Origin: Eubacteriales bacterium
GTDB lineage: Bacteria > Bacillota > Clostridia > Oscillospirales > CAG-272
Direction of reading: 5' to 3'
Assembly (NCBI GenBank): GCA_045659405.1
Contig: JAZOWX010000033.1
Location: 4,205-68,204 of the forward strand
Length of the DNA stretch: 64,000 nucleotides
Below, one piece after another: positions 44,749-55,640 of the stretch. The notes below the pieces were generated by a model. The model saw only the letters and a list, made by a program, of their open reading frames with translations, was not told where the DNA came from and made no database searches. Numbering within the stretch: the stretch's first letter is position 1; each line of letters begins with the position of its first letter. The position numbers and the translations under genes are program-made.

Positions 44749-47067
44749 GTGATAATAGAGAAAATCGTTATAAAAAGCTTTGGACTTATCAGAGATATGA
44801 CGCTTGAATTTTCAAGCACTATAAACGTCATTGAGGGACATAACGAGGCAGGTAAGAGTACCATAGCCGCATTTATAAAATATATGCTTTACGGCTTTGA
44901 ACAGACCGAGGGAGATGGACTCACCGAGCGTAAGCTGCGCCTTAACTGGACGACCGGTACTGCCGAGGGCTCAATGTACGTGAACGTCAAGGGTAAGCGT
45001 TATCTCATTACGAGAATGACTGCGCTTGGCGATAATGCCGCGCGTCCTACCTATAAGGAGGAGGCTACGATAATTGACCTTTCGACGGGTGCGCCCGCAT
45101 TCGGAAAAGTGCCCGCAGGCGAAGTATTCTTCGGTGTTGACTCGGAGCTTTTCGGCAATACGGCTTTCGTCGGACAGATAGGCGATTCTAAAATTAACGA
45201 GGGCTCTGTCAGAGAGTCGATAGAAAATATACTTTTCTCGGGTGCTGAAACGGTAAACAACCGTCGTGCGGCAACTAAAATTTCGGATAAAATGGAGCTG
45301 CATTTACATGAGAGCGGCCATGGCGGAACGATAGTTGACCTTATGAGAAAATCCGAGGAGCTTGAGGACAAGCTGAAGTCCTCGGATGAGGAAAACCAGC
45401 TTATCCTTGTAAAGGAAGCCGAGCTTCACGACATAAGAATGAAAAAGGCTGATTACGAGGACAGACTCGTAAGGCTTCATACACTCAATAACGACTATCA
45501 GAATGCGATGCTTATTCAGGCGTTTGACAGACTTCACGAGCTTGAGGAGCAGTGCGAGAAAAAGAACGCTGATTATAATGCGTTTATAGAAGAAAACACT
45601 CATCTCGGATTTGTGCCGGGAAGAGATTATCTCACGGATATAGCCGTTGCAAGGCAGACGGTGAATGAAACCTACCGCCGCCTTACGGAGTCCGAGGCAG
45701 CTTATGAAAAGGAAAGAGCGGCTATCGGTATCACTAAAGACGTGGAGACTGCAATACAGATATGCGATGAGTGCGGCGGAGAAGAGCATCTTAAAAACTC
45801 GGCATCAACCCTTTACCGAACCTTGATAAGAGATATTTCCCTCATTACCGTCGGCGGACTTTTCGCTGTTGCGGCGGCGGTTATGTTCATACTTTCGGGC
45901 GGAAACGTCGGTCTTATCGTTGGCGGAGTGCTTTGTGCGCTTGCGGCGGTGGCGGGGGTTGCATTCGGTGTTTATTCCTACAACGGAACACATAAGGCTC
46001 TATCCTCGCTTGAGGCTAAATTCTCTACCTCGTCCTACCGTGACTTTAATGCCAAGATAAATCATATTGCAGAGCAGAGGAATAAGCGTGACGGTATACT
46101 TCGTGCTACCGAAAATGCAAGAGCTGCGGCAGAGTCTGCAAGAATGGCTTATGAAAGCGCAAAAATAGAGCTTGCAAGTATTATTCTCAAATGGGGTGGC
46201 GAGCCGCCCGAATCAGACCTCAACGGATATCTCGATGCGCTTGATTTGCGTGTTCGTAATTTCCTTGACCAAAAGGATGCACTGCATCTGGACAAGAGCG
46301 AGAGCGAATTGACCGTAAAAGAAATAAGAAGAACACTCTCGGACAAGAGTGAGATAGATATAAGAGCGCAGGTGCCGCCTCTGCGAAGAAAGGCTCTCGT
46401 CGGTGTAAGCTACGACGATATAATCGGAGATATAAACAAGCACAAGGAGCTTATAGCCGCCGAAGAGGAGCGTGCAAGAGAGGTTGACAGAACGCTCTTC
46501 TCGCTTAAGAGCCGTGCGGGCGACCCCGGTGAGCTTTATTCGAAAATACAGGCGCTTGACAGCCGTATAGATGAGCTTCGAAGAAGGCATAAGGCTTATT
46601 ACATAGCATTAAGAGCGATTGAGGGAGCGTCTGACAATCTTCGTGCTGAAATATCACCAAGACTCGGTGAATATGCAACGCAGATGATGAGCGTTATGAC
46701 TGATAAGAAATATACTCATTTTGACGTCAGCGACGGTCTTGTCGTTACCTTTGAGGCGGCAGACGGTGAGAAGAAATCGGTAGATTTCCTTTCGGGCGGA
46801 ACACGTGACCTTGCGTATATTGCGGTGCGTCTTGCGCTTGTTGATATGCTTTATACCGAGCGTCCTCCGCTCTGCTTTGACGAGAGCTTTGCTCACCAGG
46901 ATAACGTGCGTGCGCACGCTATGATGAAAGCTCTTGCCAAGCTTGCCAAGGAGGGCTCACAGAGCTTTATATTCACTTGCAGAAACAGAGAGAGCGCACT
47001 TGCAACCGAGCTTTCCAAGCGTGCACGTGTGTTCAAGATTTCGCATGACGACGAGATGCTGGGATAA
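44749..47067 (+). CDS. YhaN-like SMC/Rad50-type AAA ATPase with central membrane hairpin
   Basis: N-terminal IEGHNEAGKST Walker A, long coiled-coil stretches, two adjacent hydrophobic helices (~45835-45980), a C-terminal LSGGTRD signature and FDESFAHQD Walker B. Confidence 0.7.
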   Translation: MIIEKIVIKSFGLIRDMTLEFSSTINVIEGHNEAGKSTIAAFIKYMLYGFEQTEGDGLTERKLRLNWTTGTAEGSMYVNVKGKRYLITRMTALGDNAARPTYKEEATIIDLSTGAPAFGKVPAGEVFFGVDSELFGNTAFVGQIGDSKINEGSVRESIENILFSGAETVNNRRAATKISDKMELHLHESGHGGTIVDLMRKSEELEDKLKSSDEENQLILVKEAELHDIRMKKADYEDRLVRLHTLNNDYQNAMLIQAFDRLHELEEQCEKKNADYNAFIEENTHLGFVPGRDYLTDIAVARQTVNETYRRLTESEAAYEKERAAIGITKDVETAIQICDECGGEEHLKNSASTLYRTLIRDISLITVGGLFAVAAAVMFILSGGNVGLIVGGVLCALAAVAGVAFGVYSYNGTHKALSSLEAKFSTSSYRDFNAKINHIAEQRNKRDGILRATENARAAAESARMAYESAKIELASIILKWGGEPPESDLNGYLDALDLRVRNFLDQKDALHLDKSESELTVKEIRRTLSDKSEIDIRAQVPPLRRKALVGVSYDDIIGDINKHKELIAAEEERAREVDRTLFSLKSRAGDPGELYSKIQALDSRIDELRRRHKAYYIALRAIEGASDNLRAEISPRLGEYATQMMSVMTDKKYTHFDVSDGLVVTFEAADGEKKSVDFLSGGTRDLAYIAVRLALVDMLYTERPPLCFDESFAHQDNVRAHAMMKALAKLAKEGSQSFIFTCRNRESALATELSKRARVFKISHDDEMLG

Positions 47068-47090
47068 GTCTGCTGACAGGAGAAAAAGTG

Positions 47091-48017
47091 ATGAAAAGAA
47101 TTTTACTTGTCGGAAGCGCAAATATGGATTTGTCGCTTAATATGTACGAGGTCCCAGCCCCGGGAGAAACGGTGATAGATGACGGCGGCGTTGCCTATAC
47201 ACCCGGCGGAAAGGGTGCAAATTCAGCGGTAGCTCTTGCAAAGCTTGGCGGTGACGTTGTGTTTTCAGCAAAGCTTGGACGTGACACTCACGGTCAGAAG
47301 CTTTTTGAGTATTACAAGAGTCAGGGAATAAATACCTCACACATAAAGGTAGACCCTGATGCGCCCACAGGATTTGCGGCGGTTATGAAGGAAAGCAGCA
47401 CGGGTCAAAACAGAATCGTTGTTTATCCCGGCGCTAACGCAAATATAAGCACGGAAAATCTTATAGAAGCCTTCAGGTGTGAGCCGGATGCGCTTTATAT
47501 CGGCTTTGAAATACCGTTTTCGGTGGCGCTTTCGGCTGCCAAAATAGCATCCTCAAAGGGAATACCGATATTCGTTGACGCAGCTCCCGCCTCTGCGGAT
47601 TATCCGCTGTCCTCGCTTCCGCAGATAGAGATATTCTCTCCAAACGAGACAGAGACCGAAACCTATACGGGAATTAAGCCTGTCGGCTCGGACAGCTCGC
47701 TCCGTGCGGCGCTTGAGCTTTATAAGCGTGTAAAATGCAAGTACATCGTTATAAAACAGGGTGAGCGAGGCTCATTCGTTTACGACGGAAAGAAATATTA
47801 TATGATACCTGCCGAGCGTGTGACAAGGGTTGTCGACACCACGGCTGCTGGTGATACCTTTACTGCGGCAATGACGCTTGAATATCTGCGCACGGGTGAT
47901 ATACTTGCCTCTGTCAGATATGCAACTGCGGCTGCGGCAATTACCGTCACAAGAAGCGGAGCTTCTGTGTCAATTCCTACCGCAAACGAGGTAGAAGAAT
48001 TTATAAGGTCTAAATAA
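47091..48017 (+). CDS. rbsK: ribokinase (PfkB family)
   Basis: GSANMDL, GGKGANSAVA and DTTAAGDTF motifs. The ATG at 47091 has an AGGAG RBS 8 nt upstream; a GTG at 47088 is also possible. Confidence 0.8.
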   Translation: MKRILLVGSANMDLSLNMYEVPAPGETVIDDGGVAYTPGGKGANSAVALAKLGGDVVFSAKLGRDTHGQKLFEYYKSQGINTSHIKVDPDAPTGFAAVMKESSTGQNRIVVYPGANANISTENLIEAFRCEPDALYIGFEIPFSVALSAAKIASSKGIPIFVDAAPASADYPLSSLPQIEIFSPNETETETYTGIKPVGSDSSLRAALELYKRVKCKYIVIKQGERGSFVYDGKKYYMIPAERVTRVVDTTAAGDTFTAAMTLEYLRTGDILASVRYATAAAAITVTRSGASVSIPTANEVEEFIRSK

Positions 48018-48143
48018 GCATTTAAGTGCAAAGCCAAAGGACTTGGCTGACGTCGATTCTTTGCGCTCGTGTTGCCTGATAGGTTAATCCGAGTGATACG
48101 TAAACAAACATTTACATATTGAAGATTCAGAAAGGGAATCCGT

Positions 48144-49076
48144 ATGAATTATGTTTTTTCAGAAATAACATTTCCGTCCTCTGACGGAGTACATACCATA
48201 TATGCGGAGATATATGCCCCGAAGACGAAAGAACCGAAGGGTGTCGTGCAGCTCTGCCACGGAATGAGAGATTACGTGGGAAGATATCAGGCTCTTGCCG
48301 AATATCTCACGGGCGAGGGATATATTTTTGCAGGACACGCTCATCTCGGTCACGGAAAGAGTGCTGATGATGAGGGGCGGGGATATTTCGCCGAGCGTGA
48401 CGGAGTGCTGTATTTGCTCAAGGATATTCATTCTATGAATAAATATCTGCGAAGCGTTTACCCGACGCTTCCTTTGTGGCTTCTCGGTCACAGTATGGGC
48501 TCGTTTCTTGCCCGTCTTTATACCAACCGTCACCCTCACAGTATTCAGGGACTTATTATCCACGGCACGGCAGGCCCGAACCCTGCGCTTCCGTTTGGTA
48601 AGCTTGCGGTAAAGCTTGGTAAGATTTTCCACGGCGATAAGCACAGAAGCAGCTTTGTCGCTTCTTTGGCATTTATGGGATACAACTCCAGATTTCCGAA
48701 ATCGGATGGCGAGCACGCATGGCTGACACGTGAGGTCTCTCGTGTTGCGAGCCGTGACGATGACCCTTATACCAATTTCACATTTACTCTTTCGGCATTC
48801 GGCGATCTGTTTTCAATGCTCGGAATGGCAAACAGCAAGAGCTGGTTTGAGAACTATCCGAAAGAGCTTCCCACGCTTATTATCAGCGGTGATAAAGACC
48901 CTGTCGGCTCATACGGCAAGGGCCCGGAGTACGTTTATAAGCATCTTCTGCTCTCGGGTTGCAGCTCTGTCAGCTTAAAGCTTTTCGAGGGTTGCCGTCA
49001 CGAGCTGTTTAATGAGAGTAACCGTGAGGAAATATTCGACTATATCGGAGATTGGCTCGGTAGCAATACAAAATGA
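48144..49076 (+). CDS. alpha/beta hydrolase (lysophospholipase/monoacylglycerol lipase-like)
   Basis: GHSMGS nucleophile elbow, and HG...G upstream. Confidence 0.8.
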   Translation: MNYVFSEITFPSSDGVHTIYAEIYAPKTKEPKGVVQLCHGMRDYVGRYQALAEYLTGEGYIFAGHAHLGHGKSADDEGRGYFAERDGVLYLLKDIHSMNKYLRSVYPTLPLWLLGHSMGSFLARLYTNRHPHSIQGLIIHGTAGPNPALPFGKLAVKLGKIFHGDKHRSSFVASLAFMGYNSRFPKSDGEHAWLTREVSRVASRDDDPYTNFTFTLSAFGDLFSMLGMANSKSWFENYPKELPTLIISGDKDPVGSYGKGPEYVYKHLLLSGCSSVSLKLFEGCRHELFNESNREEIFDYIGDWLGSNTK

Positions 49077-50038
49077 TAAAGTGCATAGCTATCGTAGGAC
49101 CTACTGCGTCGGGAAAGACTGCGCTTGGAGTAGCTCTTTCGGGGGCGCTCGGCGGTGAGGTTGTGAATTGCGACTCGATGCAGATATACAAATATATGAA
49201 TATAGGAACGGCGAAGCCTACCGAGGAGGAAAGAGAGGGCATCAGGCATCATATGCTTGATTTTCTCTCACCGGATGAAAGCTTTAGCGCCGAGGCATAC
49301 CGAGAGGGTGCAATGGCGGCGATAGCAGAGATATCCGAGCGAGGAGGCATTCCCGTAATAGTCGGCGGAACAGGACTTTATTTGGATACGCTTTTGCGTA
49401 GCCCTGCGCAGTCGGTAGAAGCAAGTTCGGCAGAGTACAGAGAAAAAATACTCGCAGGGATAAAGGATGCGGATGACAGACACCGCCTTTGGCAAAGACT
49501 TTGGGATATTGACCCGGTATCAGCCGAAAAAATACACGAGAATAACGTCAAGCGTGTAATAAGAGCAATCGAGGTTTATGAAACCACGGGAAAGCCTAAA
49601 TCCTATTGGGATGAGTTGACAAGGGCGCAAAAGAGTGAGCTTGACGTAAAAATTATTGTGCTGTCATTTCACGAGCGACAGACTCTTTACGACAGAATTG
49701 ATAAAAGAGTTGATTTGATGTTTGATATGGGGCTTCTTTCCGAGGTGGAGGAGCTGTATTCGCAAGGATATCTTCGTGAGCCGTCCACAGCCTCGTCGGC
49801 AATAGGCTACAAGGAGATTGTTTCTTATCTTGAGGGCGAATGCACTCTCGATGAGGCAAAGGAAAAAATCAAGCTTTCGTCAAGAAGATATGCAAAGCGT
49901 CAGCTTACCTGGTTCAGGCATGAAGATGCGGCACAGACTCTTTATATTGATGACGAGAGCGGAGCTTTGCGTGATAGGGAATCCCTGATAGAGGAAGCTA
50001 AACGTATTGTAACAGAATTTTTAAAGGTGCAGATATGA
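49073..50038 (+). CDS. miaA: tRNA dimethylallyltransferase
   Basis: GPTASGKT P-loop, NCDSMQIYK and RQLTWFR motifs. Confidence 0.9.
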   Translation: MIKCIAIVGPTASGKTALGVALSGALGGEVVNCDSMQIYKYMNIGTAKPTEEEREGIRHHMLDFLSPDESFSAEAYREGAMAAIAEISERGGIPVIVGGTGLYLDTLLRSPAQSVEASSAEYREKILAGIKDADDRHRLWQRLWDIDPVSAEKIHENNVKRVIRAIEVYETTGKPKSYWDELTRAQKSELDVKIIVLSFHERQTLYDRIDKRVDLMFDMGLLSEVEELYSQGYLREPSTASSAIGYKEIVSYLEGECTLDEAKEKIKLSSRRYAKRQLTWFRHEDAAQTLYIDDESGALRDRESLIEEAKRIVTEFLKVQI

Positions 50039-51306
50039 ACTCAACAGAGCTTAAGGTTAAAATAAAAGAGAGCGCAGCCGACGTTTTGGGGTGGCTTTAC
50101 AGCGAACCCGAAAGACAGGCACAGCGTATTATATCGGCAATAGAGAGCTTTGAGAAGAAGTACGGTGCGGGACGGGATATTTCGATATTCTCAACCCCCG
50201 GCAGAAGCGAGATTATAGGTAACCACACCGACCATAATGACGGTTGCGTTATAGCTTCGGCAATCGACAGAGATATAATAGCCGTTGCGGCTAAAAATGA
50301 CCTCGGTATAGTACGCTTTCTTTCCGAGGGCTATGAAGAAAATATAATTGAGCTTGATAAGATATCAAGCCCGGATAATTTTGAAAAGTACACCTCATCA
50401 GCGCTTATCGGCGGAGTTGCAAGGGCATTTTCGGATAACCGTCTGTGTATCGGCGGCTATGATGCCTACTCGACAACAGAGGTCTTGAAGGGAAGCGGTC
50501 TTTCCTCCTCTGCGGCATTTGAGGTTATGGTTGGAAATATATTCAGCCATCTTTATAACGGCGGAGCGGTAGAAAATTCAACGCTTGCAAAATTTGCGCA
50601 GTATGCTGAAAACCTGTATTTCGGTAAGCCTTGCGGTCTTATGGACCAGATGGCTTGTGCTGTCGGCGGCTTTGTTTACATAGATTTTGCAGATAAGGCA
50701 TCGCCCACGGTTGAAAAAATAGATTTTTCTATGGACGGGCAGGGCTATAAGCTCTGCATAGTTAATACGGGCGGTAACCACGCTGACCTGAATGAGGATT
50801 ATGCATCGGTTCCCTCTGAAATGCGCAGTGTAGCGGCTGTTTTCGGAAAGGACGTGCTTCGCACGGTAGAATTTTCCGAGCTTTTGGATAAGAGCTGTGA
50901 AATAAGAGCGACACTCGGTGACAGAGCTCTTTTGCGTGCTGTGCATTTTATAAAGGAAAACGAGCGTGTGGCAAAAGCCCGTGCGGCACTGCTTGACCGA
51001 CGCACTTCGGATTTCTTCTCAATGCTGAAGGAGTCGGGGCGCTCATCATACGAATATCTTCAAAACGTATATACAAACAAAAATCCTGGGGAGCAGGGTC
51101 TGTCTTTAGCTCTTATGCTCACCGATATGTTTGATAATGGAGTTGGAGCTTACCGTGTGCACGGCGGCGGATTTGCAGGAACAATACAGGCATTTATCGA
51201 GGATGCCGCAGTTTCGGAGTATTCGGATTATATGGAGCGCATCTTTGGCGAGGGTGCTGTTATGAAGCTCTCGGTCAGAGCTGTGGGCGCTTGTAAAATT
51301 ATATAA
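50035..51306 (+). CDS. galactokinase-family GHMP kinase
   Basis: PGRSEIIGNHTDHNDG (galactokinase signature-like) and the GHMP motif GSGLSSSAA. Confidence 0.75.
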   Translation: MNSTELKVKIKESAADVLGWLYSEPERQAQRIISAIESFEKKYGAGRDISIFSTPGRSEIIGNHTDHNDGCVIASAIDRDIIAVAAKNDLGIVRFLSEGYEENIIELDKISSPDNFEKYTSSALIGGVARAFSDNRLCIGGYDAYSTTEVLKGSGLSSSAAFEVMVGNIFSHLYNGGAVENSTLAKFAQYAENLYFGKPCGLMDQMACAVGGFVYIDFADKASPTVEKIDFSMDGQGYKLCIVNTGGNHADLNEDYASVPSEMRSVAAVFGKDVLRTVEFSELLDKSCEIRATLGDRALLRAVHFIKENERVAKARAALLDRRTSDFFSMLKESGRSSYEYLQNVYTNKNPGEQGLSLALMLTDMFDNGVGAYRVHGGGFAGTIQAFIEDAAVSEYSDYMERIFGEGAVMKLSVRAVGACKII

Positions 51307-51382
51307 AGAAAACCAAAAGTCCTATTTATGGGACAGAACTTGATATATAATCAAAGTACAACAACGAAAAAGGAGATTAATT

Positions 51383-52480
51383 ATGGCAGCTAAAAAAACG
51401 ACTGCAGCTGCGGAAAAGCCCGCAGTAAGCGATAAAAAGGCAGCGGTTGAAACCGTAATGGCAAGAATAGAAAGAGAGTGTGGCAAGGGGTCGATTATGC
51501 GCCTTGGCGAGAACAGCGCAATGAACGTTTCGGCTGTTTCCACAGGCTCGCTTACGCTTGATTTCGCACTTGGAATCGGCGGTATTCCGAGAGGAAGAAT
51601 AACAGAGATATACGGCCCGGAGTCCTCGGGTAAAACCACAATAGCGCTTCACGTTATAGCAGAGGTGCAAAAGGAGGGCGGAGAAGCGGCATTTATTGAT
51701 GCTGAACACGCTCTTGACCCCGTTTATGCAAAGAAGCTCGGTGTAGATACCAACAATCTTCTCGTATCACAGCCCGATTGCGGTGAGCAGGCGCTTGAGA
51801 TTGCGGAAACACTCGTTAATTCGGGAGCTATTGACATTATAGTTATCGACTCTGTTGCGGCTCTTGTACCCAGACAGGAAATAGAGGGTGATATGGGCGC
51901 TTCTCACGTTGGTGTACAGGCAAGACTTATGTCGCAGGCTATGAGAAAGCTTTCAGGCTCTATTGCAAAATCCAACTGTATCGTTATTTTCACAAACCAG
52001 CTTCGTGAGAAGGTTGGCGTGATGTACGGCAACCCCGAGGTTACAACCGGTGGTCGCGCGCTTAAATTCTATGCGTCCGTGCGTATTGACGTAAGACGTG
52101 CCGAGACACTCAAGAACGGCTCTGAAGTATACGGCTCGCATACTAAATGTAAGGTCGTTAAGAATAAGGTAGCGCCGCCCTTCAAAACTGCGGAATTTGA
52201 TATTCTTTACGGCTCTGGTATCTCGAAGTCTTCCGAAATAATAGATATGGCTATCCAGCTTGAGATAATTGACAAGAGCGGTGCTTGGTTCTATCTTGAC
52301 GGTGAAAGACTCGGACAGGGTAAGGATAACGTAAGAAAGCTTATCGAGGGTGATGCTGCGCTTATGGCAAGTCTTGAAGAAAAAATCAAGGAAAAAATCA
52401 AAGCTGCGCCTATTGATGCCACAGCAGACACACTTGACGATGACGACTTTGAAATCAAGGATTTTGACGACGAAATCTGA
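51383..52480 (+). CDS. recA: recombinase RecA
   Basis: GPESSGKTT Walker [10 protein letters not shown] and an acidic C-terminus. AAAGGAG RBS upstream. Confidence 0.97.
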   Translation: MAAKKTTAAAEKPAVSDKKAAVETVMARIERECGKGSIMRLGENSAMNVSAVSTGSLTLDFALGIGGIPRGRITEIYGPESSGKTTIALHVIAEVQKEGGEAAFIDAEHALDPVYAKKLGVDTNNLLVSQPDCGEQALEIAETLVNSGAIDIIVIDSVAALVPRQEIEGDMGASHVGVQARLMSQAMRKLSGSIAKSNCIVIFTNQLREKVGVMYGNPEVTTGGRALKFYASVRIDVRRAETLKNGSEVYGSHTKCKVVKNKVAPPFKTAEFDILYGSGISKSSEIIDMAIQLEIIDKSGAWFYLDGERLGQGKDNVRKLIEGDAALMASLEEKIKEKIKAAPIDATADTLDDDDFEIKDFDDEI

Positions 52481-52563
52481 TTCTTTTGGGATATCCTAAA
52501 GCAACTACAAAATGTTTTTTCCGTAAGTTGATATTTATGGAAAGGATAAATCAAGGTTCACAA

Positions 52564-53139
52564 ATGAAGATTAAAACTGTCAGTAAAACAGAACATGGCG
52601 AATACGTAATGATAACGCTTGTCGGTGAGAAAAAGGCTCTTAATCTCACCGACGAGCTTTATTGCTTGCTGGGTGAGCCAACCGAGGGATATGAGCTTTC
52701 AGCCGATGAGTATTCGGAGCTGATTGGGGCTGACGAGTATTACAGAGCTACGAAAAAAGCGCTTAATATTCTCTCGTTTGGCGATAATTCAAAAAGAAAG
52801 CTTTATGAAAAATTAAGGCGTGGCGGATTTCCCTCTGACGTCTGTCAGCGTGTGGTTGCCGATATGACAGACCTTGGATATATTAATGAAGAAAAACAGC
52901 TTCGCCGACTTGTGGTGGGACTTGCAAACGACTCGCTTTTCGGGCCGAAAAGAATTACGGCAAAGCTTGTCAATTCGGGCTATTCGCCCACCGATATACA
53001 TCGGGTTATATCAGCGCTTACAGAGTGCGCAGAGATTGATTTTGATTCAGGCTTTAAAAGACTTGCACAGAAGCATCTTGGGGGGAATACCGATTCCGAG
53101 TCGCTTACGAAATTAAGGTATAAATACGGTTACAGATGA
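52564..53139 (+). CDS. recX: recombination regulator RecX
   Basis: Position after recA and helical-repeat content (ALNILSFGDNSKRKLYEKLRRGGF...). The start is uncertain: ATG 52564 is chosen, and ATG 52537 or TTG 52486 are possible. Confidence 0.65.
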   Translation: MKIKTVSKTEHGEYVMITLVGEKKALNLTDELYCLLGEPTEGYELSADEYSELIGADEYYRATKKALNILSFGDNSKRKLYEKLRRGGFPSDVCQRVVADMTDLGYINEEKQLRRLVVGLANDSLFGPKRITAKLVNSGYSPTDIHRVISALTECAEIDFDSGFKRLAQKHLGGNTDSESLTKLRYKYGYR

Positions 53140-54860
53140 TGATAAAGAAATTTTTGAGCTATTACAAGCCGCATATGCGGCTCTTTATTCTCGATATGAT
53201 ATCTGCGGTGATAGTTGCTGCTTGTGCGCTCTTTTACCCGCTGATAACAAAAGAAATGATAAATAACTACGTGCCGAATGAGAATCTTTCTATGATAATA
53301 ACCTCGTCAATTTTTCTGCTCGGTATTTATCTTATAAAGGCGCTGTGCACCTATATTATGGGATATTACGGTCACGTTGTCGGTGTCAGAATGCAGGCGC
53401 AGATGCGACGGGATTTGTTCTGCAAGTACGAAAAGCTTCCATTTTCTTATTTTGATGACCACAAGACGGGTGATTTGCTCTCCCGTCTTACAAACGACCT
53501 TCAGGATATATCAGAGCTTGCACACCACGGCCCGGAAAATCTTTTGCTCGGTGTTCTGATGCTTGTTGGCGCATTTGTTGTGCTTTCGGGTATAGACGTT
53601 GTGCTTACGCTTATAATGTTTGCGGTAGTTCCGTTCATAGTTCTTTTTACGGTTATCTCGCGCAAAAGAATGAGAGAGGCGATGAGCGCTTCAAGACGGC
53701 AGATGGCTGCGATAAACACAACGCTTGAAAATTCGATAACGGGTATAAGAGAAACGAAGGCATACGTAGCAGCCCAGCACGAAATTAAAAAATTCAACAA
53801 GGCAAACGGGCTTTTCGCAAAGTACAGAAGCCGTGCTATGTTCTCGCTCGGTTTCTTCGACTCTATAATGCAGTTTTTGCAGGACCTGCTTTACCTTGTG
53901 ATAATACTTGCGGGCGGTCTTTTCCTCTACTATGACAGAATAGATCCGGGTGAGTTTGCCGCATTTATACTTTATACAAGTATGTTTCTTACTCCAATAC
54001 AGCGCTTTACTGCGCTGTTTACACAGCTTCAGGAGGGAATGTCGGGTTACTCACGCTTCTATGAGCTGATATGCGAGAGCGAGGAGATTGACAACGGTAA
54101 AACCGAGATTGCCGAGGTTTCGGGGCATATAAGATTTGAGGGCGTGTCGTTTGGCTACGGTGATACAAATTCCCCCGATAAGCTTGTCATATCCGAGCTT
54201 AACCTGGATATCCCTGCGGGTAAAACGCTCGCCCTTGTCGGACCGTCGGGCGGTGGCAAGACAACGCTTTGCAACCTTATACCGAGATTTTATAACATAA
54301 CAAGCGGAAGGATAACGCTCGACGGAGTTGATATTTCGGATATCACCCTCGACAGCCTTCGCTCAAATATAGGTATCGTATCTCAAAACGTATTTCTCTT
54401 TGACGGCACTGTCAGGGAAAATATCGCTTATGGTAAAGAGGTCTGTGACGAGGAGTTGATTTTAGCCGCAAAACGAGCTAATATACACGACTTTATATGC
54501 ACTCTTGATAATGGCTACGACACCGAGGTCGGTGAGCGTGGCGTAAAGCTTTCGGGCGGTCAGAAGCAGAGAATAGCTATAGCCCGTGTGTTCCTCAAAA
54601 ACCCGAAGCTCCTGATACTTGATGAGGCTACGAGTGCGCTTGATAACGCTACTGAAATGCAGATACAGGCATCGCTTGAGGAGCTTTCACGAGGCAGGAC
54701 GGTTATAGTTGTCGCACACAGACTCTCGACTGTAAAGGGCGCTGACGAGATAGTCGTTATAGATACAAGGGGCGTTATTGAGCGAGGTACGCACGAGGAG
54801 CTTATCCAGCTTGACGGAGAATATAAAAAGCTTTATCTTTATCAGTTCAGAGAAAACTAA
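53136..54860 (+). CDS. ABC transporter, fused permease/ATP-binding exporter (MsbA/type I exporter-like)
   Basis: Six N-terminal TM helices, then GPSGGGKTT, LSGGQKQRIAIAR and ILDEATSALD. Confidence 0.9.
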   Translation: MMIKKFLSYYKPHMRLFILDMISAVIVAACALFYPLITKEMINNYVPNENLSMIITSSIFLLGIYLIKALCTYIMGYYGHVVGVRMQAQMRRDLFCKYEKLPFSYFDDHKTGDLLSRLTNDLQDISELAHHGPENLLLGVLMLVGAFVVLSGIDVVLTLIMFAVVPFIVLFTVISRKRMREAMSASRRQMAAINTTLENSITGIRETKAYVAAQHEIKKFNKANGLFAKYRSRAMFSLGFFDSIMQFLQDLLYLVIILAGGLFLYYDRIDPGEFAAFILYTSMFLTPIQRFTALFTQLQEGMSGYSRFYELICESEEIDNGKTEIAEVSGHIRFEGVSFGYGDTNSPDKLVISELNLDIPAGKTLALVGPSGGGKTTLCNLIPRFYNITSGRITLDGVDISDITLDSLRSNIGIVSQNVFLFDGTVRENIAYGKEVCDEELILAAKRANIHDFICTLDNGYDTEVGERGVKLSGGQKQRIAIARVFLKNPKLLILDEATSALDNATEMQIQASLEELSRGRTVIVVAHRLSTVKGADEIVVIDTRGVIERGTHEELIQLDGEYKKLYLYQFREN

Positions 54861-54911
54861 AATTTTCAGTTTTACTCTAAAATGTAAACAAATATATTAA
54901 ATTTGAGAAAA

Positions 54912-55640
54912 ATGCTTTTATCAAAGACTGAAAACAACAACTTTAAAATGGGGCTTCGGGACGGCATTCCGATAGCGCTTGGCTACGTGCCTGTTTCCTT
55001 TGCCTTTGGACTTTTTGCGACTTCATCAGGCCTTAATATAATCGAGGCGGTTATGATATCGCTCTTTAACCTGACGTCGGCTGGGCAAATGGCTGCTGTT
55101 CCGATTATTGCCGGTGGCGGTACGCTTATCGAGCTTGCCTTAACACAGCTCATAATAAATATGCGATATTCATTGATGTCGGTCTCGCTCTCACAGCGCT
55201 TTGGCGCCAGCGTGCGCTTTGCCGACAGATTTCTTGTAGCCTATACGAACACGGACGAGATTTTTGGTGTTGCAATAGGCAAGGAGTCACCGCTCGGGAG
55301 AAAATATCTTTTCGGGCTTCCGATTGCCCCTTATTTAGGCTGGGCGCTCGGCACAGCGCTGGGGGCGGCAGCCGGCAATATTTTGCCTGAAATTATTGTA
55401 AATTCACTCGGCATAGCTCTTTACTGTATGTTTATTGCCATAGTTGTGCCACGTGTTAAGCAGAGCCGTGCAACAGCGCTTGCGGTGCTTTCTTCTGTGG
55501 TGCTTTCCGCACTCTTTTACTACACACCGTATTTATCCGATATACCCGCAGGCTTTGTGATTATGATTTGCGCAGTAAGCGTCAGCGCTGTTTTCGCTAT
55601 CGCCCGTCCGCTTCCGGATGAGGAGGAGGCGCAAAAATGA
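54912..55640 (+). CDS. azlC: AzlC-family branched-chain amino acid exporter subunit
   Basis: GLRDGIPIALGYVPVSFAFG pattern, multi-TM, and paired with azlD. The start is ambiguous (54903, 54912 or 54948). Confidence 0.8.
   Translation: MLLSKTENNNFKMGLRDGIPIALGYVPVSFAFGLFATSSGLNIIEAVMISLFNLTSAGQMAAVPIIAGGGTLIELALTQLIINMRYSLMSVSLSQRFGASVRFADRFLVAYTNTDEIFGVAIGKESPLGRKYLFGLPIAPYLGWALGTALGAAAGNILPEIIVNSLGIALYCMFIAIVVPRVKQSRATALAVLSSVVLSALFYYTPYLSDIPAGFVIMICAVSVSAVFAIARPLPDEEEAQK

Noticed and set aside
51307-51382. A LexA (Cheo-box GAAC-N4-GTTC) operator expected upstream of recA.
   Set aside because: Only a GAAC half-site (CAGAACTTGATATA) is present, with no matching GTTC at the right spacing. I therefore do not call an SOS box.
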